64,000 nt of DNA from Octopus sinensis (taxonomy: Eukaryota): the NCBI RefSeq assembly GCF_006345805.1, contig NC_043004.1, positions 31,744,001-31,808,000 on the forward strand. The letters run 5' to 3'. Positions 21,200 through 31,732 of this stretch are shown here, piece by piece (the stretch's first letter is position 1; the number at the start of each line of letters is the position of its first letter). The notes beneath the pieces are model-generated. The model was not told the DNA's origin and did not search any database. It was given only the letters and a program-made list of their open reading frames with translations. The translations under genes and the position numbers were made by a program.

Positions 21200-23400
21200 C
21201 TAGGACGACCAGTTTACCCTCCGGGTATACGAATATTTTTTACTTCGAGATCCAGACTCTTGCGAAAAAGTACCGCGGTGCCACAGACAGGGAGAAAAAT
21301 ATATGTTAAATTGTCCGCCAAACATGGACTTTAGGGCCTGTGGATTATGGAGTCTGGTCTTATGGCTATGATTTCTAACTTGTGTGACTTTATGTCATTT
21401 AAGAGGTACCCTTGTTTTCAAGGGGACACCAAGCCACGCGCATTCACTCGACCAATCTTGATCATAATCCTAGTGAATTAAAACACAAACGAAAGGAACA
21501 GAGGGTTACTTACTGCTCGAAAGTTTTTGCTTTCTCCTCATTTGGTTTGTCGTCGAGGAGATCCCAATACAGTTTCTTCGTGAGGTACTTTTGGCATTTA
21601 CCAACCGCACTGGGGAAAATGCCTTTTAGCGTGTGCTGTAGACTTCGGGAGATGTGTAGTATTTTGATGTGCTCCGGTGGTGTTGTGTATGGGTGGTTGT
21701 TTGTTTTTATGTCATCTTTTGTTAAGTTTGTTTTTGATTTGCTGTGTTCCATCAAATTTGTGTTTTTAGTGTCTATAGCTGTGCGCATGTTTGCTGTATA
21801 TATTTTTGTGGTGGTGGTGTTGCTGTTGTTTGTGGTAGCTTTCGAAATGTCTTCGGGGGATCATATCCCTCTGCTTTGTTCACGTTTGCATTTGGTTTGG
21901 TTCTTTTTTCTCCTTTTCCTCCTTCCTTTTCTGGCTATTTGCCATTCCTCACTGCTTTCGTCTTCCGACGAAATTTCTGAGGAATCAGAAGTGAGTAGGG
22001 GCATGTTGTAAGCTCCTATGTATGTTTGTGTAAGTGGTTGTGTTGTTATTTTCGTTGGTGTTGGTTGTTGGCTGTGTGTATATGGTGTGTGCGGTATAGG
22101 GGATGGGGAATCAGTTTTTGTATTATTTTTTGTTTTTCTGTTCCTTTAGTTCTTGCTGTTGTTGGTGGTGTTGGTATTTTATTAGGTGTTGTATTATTTT
22201 CGATTGTTGATGGATTTGCTTGGTGTGCTTCTGTGTTGATGGTGGTGTGAGTAGTAGTACTTTTTTCTCGGTGTGTTTTGGTTGTGGTGGTGGTTGTTGT
22301 TGCTTTTGTTGTGCGGCGGTTGGACACTTCTTTTTCAAATGTGTTTCGCTGCCGCACAGATAGCAACGTGGTCGCCTGCCCTCCACCACTACATAGAGTT
22401 TGTAGCCTTCTAGCAGTTCTATAGTGGTGGGTATCTTTTTCTGTTGTTGTTTCTTCCATTTGAAGGAGTAATTGAATTGATTTTCCCACCCAGTTTTGCT
22501 GTTCAAGAAGAGCGATTTCGAGAATGTTTGTCTCTGCCGTTTCAAAGCAGATGACAGAGACTAACCATTGTGTTTCTACTTCAGGTGTCACACTTTTTAT
22601 TGTAACTTTCGTCACCCTTTGGCCTAAATAAGTTAATATCATCACTAAGTCATCTGTATGCAGATCTAATGTGGAAAATCGTTTTGCTAGATTTTCATTG
22701 TGGAAACGTACTTGGACTGTGCCAAATTTATGATACCAATTGACGTATTCCTTGTGAGCCCAAACAGGGCGAAGACATTTTTTAATTTTTTGCTGCGGTG
22801 CACTTTCAGTCGTCTTGTCTTCTTGTTGATAGCTTTGTATATGATTGTTTTTCTTTTTTTGTGTGTGTGCGTGTTTTCCATGATGTGTTGTAGAATGTGG
22901 AGAGGTAAATTATCTCCTTCTTTGGTTAGAAGTGCCTTTCTGTTGTTTATTTATTGTGCAGTGAATTTTATGATTGTTCTTTTGTTTTATCGCTTCTGCG
23001 AAGTTTGTTTTGTCTTTGGTGGTGGTGGTGGTGGTGGTGGTGGTGTTGGTAGCAGAGGTATTAGTTGTAGCATTGAAGTCGTAGTAGTAGTAGTAGTATT
23101 GGTGTTGGCGGTGCTGTCTTCGGTGGGTGGCTTTGTGCTAATTTCGTTGTTAATAGTGGTGGTACTGGCATTCATGCTTGCGTCTGTATTCATTTGTTTT
23201 AAAATCCCTTCCCCCGTCTTTCTTTCATTGACATGTGGTGTAAAGAGTGGGGGAAATTTAAGTTAATGTCTTTGGTGGCGGTAATGGTCTTGCGGCATTA
23301 GCTTTGCTGTTGGTGGTGGGGATGGTGGTGGTATTGGTGGTGACAGCGGTGTTCAAGCTGTGAGGTTTATCAGCTAATGACAGCAGTGGTGCCTCGCTAG
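21197..23400 (-). mobile_element. 5' part of a second Tx1 family: decayed ORF1 plus the start of ORF2 (APE), cut off by the Hero element
   Basis: ORF1 shows ILTYLGQRVTKVTI and VVEGRRPRCYLCGSETHLKKKCP. ORF2 from the ATG at 21465 reads MIKIGRVNARG...LLNDIKSHKLEII...VLFRKSLDLEVK...PEGKLVVLD, homologous to MIKLGCINVRG...VLIRKNLDLQV...PEGRLVVLD. The 5' end is approximate. Confidence 0.72.
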
Positions 23401-23655
23401 CGTTCCACATGACTTGTGCACTGGCCACGTGGTTTCCAGTCGCTATTTTCAAAATGAAAAATGGCTAAAATGAAACCACGAAAGTTTTGAAACTTTTGGA
23501 AATTTCGCCCACACGGGCGAAATTCTACGTAAATATTTCTCAGGTTTTTCAGTGAATGATCTTGCACAACTTTTAAAAACAAAATATTTCACAATAAAGA
23601 GTTTTAAACATGTAAAAATGGCCAACTTACGTGGAGCCCATTTGACTAGCGTCCG

Positions 23656-23701
<46 letters not shown>

Positions 23702-23719
23702 TGAAAGAGAGAGAGAGAG

Positions 23720-24256
23720 ATAGGTAAATAGATTTCTTTATTGGCCACGCAGGGCTGAACACAGAAGGGACAAAATACAAAGTAGGGCTTTTCTTTTTGG
23801 GAAGAAGAGAAGAGGAAAAAGGGGGGGGGAATTCCGATCAAAAGGGATCGTGAAAAAAAAGTGGGGCCAATCAACAGGGATCGTGTATCACAGAAATGTC
23901 AATGTAAAAGAGGAAAACAGATTATGTTTGTCCGTGGATAGAAAAGCCAACGGAAAAGACCACGGGAACTTTGAACAATAGTGTCATGCAAAAAGAAAAC
24001 ACATCACAGTAAGTGGCTCTCTTTTTTCCTTTTTCGCTTGAGAGCAACACAACACTCGCGGTGCCATTCACCCTTCCTCGGCCACTTTTTGATCCACGAC
24101 TGCAGTTCGGTCATGGAGACGAGCTGTGGGAAAGCGCGCCTCACAAACAGTGGCCACACCTGTTCACCGTTGTCTTTGTAGAGCCAGAGATGTCGCAGTC
24201 TCAGCGCATGTCTGCACATCATCAACCATGGCATGCCCAGCCCTCCTTTTAACGGG
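23720..24256 (-). mobile_element. Internally deleted Tx1 3' fragment flanked by duplicated (GA)n-containing sequence
   Basis: MPWLMMCRHALRLRHLW (24004-24234) is homologous to ORF2 of 2635-7961. The 3' end reads AATAAAGAAATCTAT. gagcccatttgactag.gtccga(GA)n occurs on both sides. Confidence 0.72.
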
Positions 24257-24276
24257 TTGAGCCCATTTGACTAGTG

Positions 24277-24331
<55 letters not shown>

Positions 24332-24772
24332 TAAATAGATAGATATGAATTTTCAACTAAGACATTACATGCATATCTGATTTTTCTAATACTTCAATTC
24401 TGTGTATATACATATCTTTATCTGATTACTGACATTTATTAATGAGTTCTCTAATTATTTTATGCCACTTTCTGTCATTAATCATATTGTCTGCATTTTT
24501 TGATAACATTGGCATGCTATTAACCTAATATTACGTTATGCAACTTGAAAAATAATCCCACATATCTTAGCACTCACAACTATTATGTAAGTACTCTTTT
24601 GTAATAAGGTCTAGTTATCTGAAACCTGCAATGTTGATCTACTTAGAGTGTCTAACAAGTCACATTCTCCAGTTTAGAAGTTGAGATAAATACAAGTAAT
24701 CGTCATTTACAGACAGAACAAGGTACACTTTCAGAGTGGGTGTTATTTCTCCTTCTGGTTGGTATAATTACT

Positions 24773-24785
24773 TCTCGCTCTCTCG

Positions 24786-24865
<80 letters not shown>

Positions 24866-24890
24866 ATCCATCTATCTATCTATCTATCTC
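24773..24890. repeat. (CT)n/(CTAT)n microsatellite
   Basis: Directly visible. Confidence 0.9.
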
Positions 24891-25251
24891 TGCTTATTGA
24901 TGTTATATATTCTCATTTTGAATGATTTTGTTCATATTAATGTCATCTAATTATTTTCTTGTTTACGCTAATTTCTCCCTCTTGACTGAGACAAAAATGA
25001 GTGATAACCTTTGTCTTCTACAAAATAACTGCACACACACAACAGGCTATTTTCAGTTTCTATCTACAAAATCCACTCAAAAGGCTTTGATTGGCCTGGA
25101 GTTGTATCAGAAGATACCAGGATGCCATGCCATGCCATGCCATATATACATATATATGTAGAATGTTGAAAAGGAACACACGAGTTGATATGTATAAGGA
25201 AAATAAGTCAAAGTAGAAAATGCTAAAGTAATTTTATCATGAAAAACATTT

Positions 25252-25289
25252 TAGTACTAGTTTCAGTCACTGAGACTTCTTCAACTCTA
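25252..25289 (-). ncRNA. Degenerate minimal hammerhead-like motif
   Basis: Minus strand reads AG-TTGAAGA-AGTC-TCAGT-GACT-GAAA-CTAG-TA-CT. Stem II is good but stem I is only 2 bp. Confidence 0.35.
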
Positions 25290-25413
25290 AGTATGGAAAA
25301 AAAAAATTAAATTGTGGAAAAATGAAATGAAAAGTTTTTAAAACAAAATATTTCCATAGTATTCAAATACAAGGGGCATTTTCCTTGTTTCTGCCTGTCT
25401 CTGTCTCTCTTTT

Positions 25414-25464
<51 letters not shown>

Positions 25465-26065
25465 TGAGTACATAACCATTAAAATAATTAAATCAGTGAC
25501 TAGCATATAAAAACCACCATATCGGTAAAATTAATTTTTAAGTATATAATTATAAAAATATTATAATTAAGGGTGCTGGAGGGCCAATGTCAATATACTA
25601 GAAGTAGATGTCAAATGTCTACAAACCACTCTAAGTTTGTTCTCTTTTTAACACAAGGCTGAATGTGAGGGAATGGACAAGAGTTATAAAATTTTGGATA
25701 ACTCTATATCTTATGATTTCGTGTTTTGTAATAAAACTTACTTTACTTTTCAGTAGAAGTACATTGACAATATATAAGTGAGAAATACAGATACATGCTG
25801 ATAAATTTCTGCGTACAGATAGCAATATATACATGCATTTCCCGTGCATATATTATATTTAATTGTCCATCACAGCCATGTGGTTAATGCCAGAAACAGT
25901 GCTGGTTGAATATGCTGGTTGGCAGATTGATGCCTGAGGGTCACATCAAGTGATTTCTAGTTGCAGCAGCCTGAACTACAACGGGCTTGCCCCACAGAGT
26001 ACATTTTTGGTTACTTTTGGGTACCCCTCATGTGTGTGTGTGTGTGTATTTATATTCTCTTTTTC

Positions 26066-26273
26066 TTTTTTTTACTTATTTCAGTCATTTGACTGCAGCC
26101 ATGCTGTAGCACCACCTTTAGTCAAACAAATCGACCCCAGGACTTATTCTTTGTAAGCCTAGTACTTATCCAATCAGTCTCTTTTGCCAAACTGCTAAGT
26201 TACAATGACATAAACACACCAACATCAGTTGTCAAGTGATAGTGGGAGGACAAACACAGATACACAAACATAT

Positions 26274-26337
<64 letters not shown>

Positions 26338-26443
26338 ATATATATATATATACAAATGGCTTCTTTCAGTTTCTGTCTATCAAATCCACTCACAAGGTTT
26401 TGGTCGGGCTGAGGCTTTTGTAGAAAACACTTGCCCAAGTTGC
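26066..26443 (-). mobile_element. tRNA-derived SINE copy (same family as 55873-56263), 5' head decayed
   Basis: Reverse-complement similarity to 55873-56263, including the central (TA)n tract. Confidence 0.7.
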
Positions 26444-27046
26444 TACAATATAAATGTAAGTGTATGTATGTTTAGCCCCAAATGGCTCTGAAACGGTGCA
26501 TCCTTGGGAAAAATGAATTTGATTTTTTAAATATGTGTCCCAAAGAGAAGGTTGTCCATAAAATGTAATAAAAGGATACAATTTGCTACAAGTAATTCAG
26601 CACCACATTTAGTAGATGTTTAAGCAATGAGTTCATGGATGGTTAAGGGGTGGATTTGGTGCTGAAGAAGGAACAAAAACTCTTGAATTATGCTTTTACA
26701 CCCATTGCTTATTTTTCTGTTTTAGATTTATTCGGATATAAAATGTCATAATAAATCAGTACTGGCTATAATTTCGACAGAAAATCTGTAGGGATAACCT
26801 TAAAAAAATGATTTAATAACTCTGCTAATATGGTAAGTCACAGTATTGACTTATAAAGTGTTTAATATACTTTGTAGTATATTATGATTGCATAACAAAA
26901 TTGATTAAAATACCACATCATTTCATACCTTTATGTGGAGTCTAGATGTGGCTTGAAACAGATAACCCCTATTTGTATGTATTTCAGAATTACGGAGATG
27001 TACTTGCATAGCGAGTGACTTGATCTGAGATCGTGTGCTGGAATGA

Positions 27047-27319
27047 AAACAATTGCAGCGTGGAAGGTGTTTATAAGCCATTTAAGAAACGCACAAAACC
27101 GTTAGATTCACTTCAACATTTAAATTTAATTTGTCAAAATGTTTTTGGCACTTTGAGACTGCGATCTATTCACTGAGCACAGAATTTTGTCAGTGAACAG
27201 GTCGCAGTCTCAAAGTGACGAAAATATTTTGACAAATTAAATTTAAATGTTGAAGTGAATCTAACGTTTTTGTGCGTTTCTTAAATGGCTTATAAACACC
27301 TTTCACGCTGCAATTGTTT
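27047..27319. mobile_element. Near-perfect foldback (~135-bp arms) with hammerhead motifs at the axis, Penelope inverted pLTR-like
   Basis: aaacaattgcagcgtggaaggtgtttataagcc... is the reverse complement of ...ggcttataaacacctttcacgctgcaattgttt. Confidence 0.85.
27186..27236 (+). ncRNA. Minimal type I hammerhead with a G3:C8 core
   Basis: TTTGTCA-GTGAACA-G-GTCGC-AGTCTCAAA-GTGAC-GAAA-ATATTT-TGACAAA. It has a 7-bp stem I, a 5-bp stem II, a palindromic AAATATTT stem III and a UUU triplet. Confidence 0.6.
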
Positions 27320-27590
27320 ATGTATTTCAATTACTTATGTAATGAACAACTCGGTTAATAAATAAGGCTCTGGTATGGATTATGTTCACATATAGAGAGA
27401 GACACCAATATTCAAGGATAAAGTGCTTATTACAATCTAGAAACTCTGAAAACAGTCCAAACACCAAATCACAGTTTCAAGTGATTAATAATGATCCCAA
27501 CATTTTTGTTACAAAAACTAAGTAGATGAGTGGATGAGGGAAACTCCAAAGTGTGTTGTTGTTTTACGGTAGATGTGATGAATATTTATC

Positions 27591-27900
27591 ATCATCATCA
27601 TCATCATCATTGTTTAACGTCCACCTTCCATGCTGATATGGATTGATGGTTTGACAGGAGCTGGCCAAGCAGGTACCTGCACCAGACCTCTGTGTCTGTT
27701 TTGGCAGGGGTTTTATGGCTGGATATCCTTCCTAACACCAACCACTCAGCAGGGTGGACTGAGTGCTTTTTACGTGGCACAAGCACAGGCAAGGTCAGTT
27801 TTGGCAAGGTTTTTACAGCTGGATGCTCTTCCAAGCACCAACCACTTTACATTGTGGACTGGATACTTTTTATGTGGCACCAGCACTGACAGGCTCACCA
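27591..27900 (-). mobile_element. Short 3' fragment of the RTE family ((GAT)n tail)
   Basis: catcatcat...tttaacgtcc...ggatatccttcctaacaccaacc, as at the 3' end of 15015-16882. Confidence 0.7.
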
Positions 27901-28757
27901 AGTAACTTGCAAGACAAAGATCCTTTGAAAGGGGAGGGGACATTGGAGGAGGTGATCTTGTGTCAGATGATGAAAGGTGATAGTGAAACAGAGACAGAAA
28001 CAGGTGTCTTACTGTAGAGGCAGTACATATGGTTACCTGGCTAAGGAAAGAGAGAGAGAGATCAGGAATGAGGACAGAAACAGATGTAAATTAGATACAT
28101 AGTTACCCAGCCTGAGGGAAGAGCAGAAGGAGTGAGTGGAAAACAGCAAGAGAGCAGGAGAGATATGGTGGCAGAGTACTAGGCATACTCACAAGGGATG
28201 GGAATCAGAATATAAATGGGATGGTCGAGTAAAAGAAGTGAGAGAGAGAGAGAGAGATGGTGTCAAGTGCCAGGGCATACTCTTGAGGTACAGAGGTAAT
28301 AATATAAGTGGCAGGACACTGCCAAAGCAGCATGAGTAGAGACTGGGGGAGAGGAATGTAGTGACTAGTAAAATCCTGGGTATATAGAGAGAGTGAGGGG
28401 ATGCTGCCTGATAGCAATGATACAGTGCACAAGGCCACGAGGACAGGATTATGGAGTGAGAAGTAAGCATAGTGCTTGAAAGAAAAGATGTGAGGAAAAG
28501 AAGAGATGCAGTTTGGTTTGTTGGGGTAGGGTATATGAAAAGTTTTCTTGTTACATGCTTCTGGTGATATGAGGTTCTTGAGTAAACACACCCATATCAG
28601 AATACGAACAAAACAACAAACACTAAGAAATATACATTACTTTAACTAAAGCATTTTTTCTAAACTTTAGACTTGCAAATGTGTACATATCATTTTCTTA
28701 TCATTTAGAGTAAATGTCAAGACAACCGTAGACATATTTGTACTAGCTTTGGCTAAC

Positions 28758-28847
<90 letters not shown>

Positions 28848-29438
28848 CATGGTCACATTTTATAAATGTGACCATGAATAAGGTATTATATGATAGCAAA
28901 TTAGCACACATTTACAACTGGTGTTCTGTATGAGTGCTTGAATTATTGAATTACCACTACATTCTACTGGCCCTGTTTTGACCATATCTCCTCCTTCATC
29001 AAGGACAGTTATCTCAACTCATACCTCTCTGAAGTCCACACTCAACAATTCTATGTAGTTCTCACGCTCATACCACATTATTAATGTTGCAAGTACAAAA
29101 ACTGGAACTTTTGCAATCAATCCTCCACTCTGCATCCATTAAGTTCATCTTTTGTGCACAAATATGGCAGACTCTCCTAACACCCCTGGTTTCTTTCTCA
29201 CCTCCTATTTCAGCACCTACCAAACCGTTTCTGTATCTGTCTGGTTGTGTGATAGATGTAACATCTCTACAGTTGCCTTAAAGAGAAGAAATAACATCCT
29301 GGATTAGTTGTCAATTTTGGAAAAATTATTTAATGAGAATATACAGATAGCATGCTGTAATTCTATTCTGTCCAAGCTGATACTTTTCTTTGAAGAAAAA
29401 ATTACTATTTTAAAAGAAATTGAATATACATATCTCTG

Positions 29439-29529
<91 letters not shown>

Positions 29530-29772
29530 TGGAAAAGTTGTAGCAAAAGATGTTAAGGTAGCAGATGAAATAGGCATGTGGGTGACTTCAAAGTAAAGCA
29601 ATGTAAAAACATTCGGTTGTAGTTTAAATAATTTATTTAAATAACACTTGAATTTTCTTGTTGAATAAACCAAATATTTCACTATATCACATTACCAACT
29701 ACTTCAAGCTGGCAAAGAAATTAACAGAATAAATAATGTGTTGACATGATAGGGTAGAACTGGATATGTTTC

Positions 29773-30290
29773 GTGTCTGTGCATGCAAAGGTCATTCAGT
29801 GGTGTCTGTTTTGTGTCTGTGCATGCAAAGGTCATTCAGTGGTGTCTGTTTTGTGTCTGTGCATGCAAAGGTCATTCAGTGGTGTCTGTTTTGTGTCTGT
29901 GCATGCAAAGGTCATTCAGTGGTGTCTGTTTTGTGTCTGTGCATGCAAAGGTCATTCAGTGGTGTCTGTTTTGTGTCTGTGCATGCAAAGGTCATTCAGT
30001 GGTGTCTGTTTTGTGTCTGTGCATGCAAAAGTCATTCAGTGGTGTCTGTTTTGTGTCTGTGCATGCAAAGGTCATTCAGTGGTGTCTGTTTTGTGTCTGT
30101 GCATGCAAAGGTCATTCAGTGGTGTCTGTTTTGTGTCTGTGCATGCAAAGGTCATTCAGTGGTGTCTGTTTTGTGTCTGTGCATGCAAAGGTCATTCAGT
30201 GGTGTCTGTTTTGTGTCTGTGCATGCAAAAGTCATTCAGTGGTGTCTGTTTTGTGTCTGTGCATGCAAAAGTCATTCAGTGGTGTCTGTT
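29773..30290. repeat. 40-bp minisatellite, 13 copies (gcatgcaaaggtcattcagtggtgtctgttttgtgtctgt)
   Basis: Exact 40-nt period from 29781 to 30261. Confidence 0.95.
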
Positions 30291-30382
30291 TATGTTCTGT
30301 GACTGCAACTGTCGTTCATATTGAATATCTGAATCTGTGCTGCCTGTTTAACTGATAAAGTTACTGGCTGGCTATCTCATGG

Positions 30383-30468
<86 letters not shown>

Positions 30469-31053
30469 CATGGTCACATTTTATAAATGTGACCATGAAT
30501 AAGGTATTATATGATAGCAAATTAGCACACATTTACAACTGGTGTTCTGTATGAGTGCTTGAATTATTGAATTACCACTACATTCTACTGGCCCTGTTTT
30601 GACCATATCTCCTCCTTCATCAAGGACAGTTATCTCAACTCATACCTCTCTGAAGTCCACACTCAACAATTCTATGTAGTTCTCACGCTCATACCACATT
30701 ATTAATGTTGCAAGTACAAAAACTGGAACTTTTGCAATCAATCCTCCACTCTGCATCCATTAAGTTCATCTTTTGTGCACAAATATGGCAGACTCTCCTA
30801 ACACCCCTGGTTTCTTTCTCACCTCCTATTTCAGCACCTACCAAACCGTTTCTGTATCTGTCAGGTTGTGTGATAGATGTAACATCTCTACAGTTGCCTT
30901 AAAGAGAAGAAATAACATCCGGGATTAGTTGTCAATTTTGAAAAAATTATTTAATGAGAATATACAGATAGCATGCTGTAATTCTATTCTGTCCAAGCTG
31001 ATACTTTTCTTTGAAGAAAAAATTACTATTTTAAAAGAAATTGAATATACATA

Positions 31054-31124
<71 letters not shown>

Positions 31125-31375
31125 TGTGAGTAATGGAAAAGTTGTAGCAAAAGATGTTAAGGTAGCAGATGAAATAGGCATGTGGGTGACTTCAAAGTAA
31201 AGCAATGTAAAAACATTCGGTTGTAGTTTAAATAATTTATTTAAATAACACTTGAATTTTCTTGTTGAATAAACCAAATATTTCACTATATCACATTACC
31301 ACTACTTCAAGCTGGCAAAGAAATTAACAGAATAAATAATGTGTTGACATGATAGGGTAGAACTGGATATGTTTC

Positions 31376-31573
31376 GTGTCTGTGCATGCAAAGGTCATTC
31401 AGTGGTGTCTGTTTTGTGTCTGTGCATGCAAAGGTCATTCAGTGGTGTCTGTTTTGTGTCTGTGCATGCAAAGGTCATTCAGTGGTGTCTGTTTTGTGTC
31501 TGTGCATGCAAAAGTCATTCAGTGGTGTCTGTTTTGTGTCTGTGCATGCAAAAGTCATTCAGTGGTGTCTGTT
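31376..31573. repeat. Same 40-bp minisatellite, 5 copies
   Basis: gcatgc at 31384, 31424, 31464, 31504 and 31544. Confidence 0.95.
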
Positions 31574-31665
31574 TATGTTCTGTGACTGCAACTGTCGTTC
31601 ATATTGAATATCTGAATCTGTGCTGCCTGTTTAACTGATAAAGTTACTGGCTGGCTATCTCATGG

Positions 31666-31732
<67 letters not shown>

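Larger units (their letters stand above)
28765..31727. repeat. Tandem duplication with 1621-bp offset; units bounded by (CT)n tracts
   Basis: 28843-30386 recurs at 30464-31668. (CT)n tracts lie at 28765-28842, 30387-30463 and 31669-31727. Confidence 0.92.

Noticed and set aside
21412-23266. Long plus-strand Val/Phe/Gly-rich ORFs (199 aa, 188 aa)
   Set aside because: These are antisense shadows of low-complexity Tx1 ORF1 sequence.
29766-30355. Cys/Val-rich 178-190-aa ORFs in all three plus frames, and the 40-bp repeat as a CRISPR-like array
   Set aside because: These are translations of a head-to-tail minisatellite with no spacers, in a eukaryotic context.
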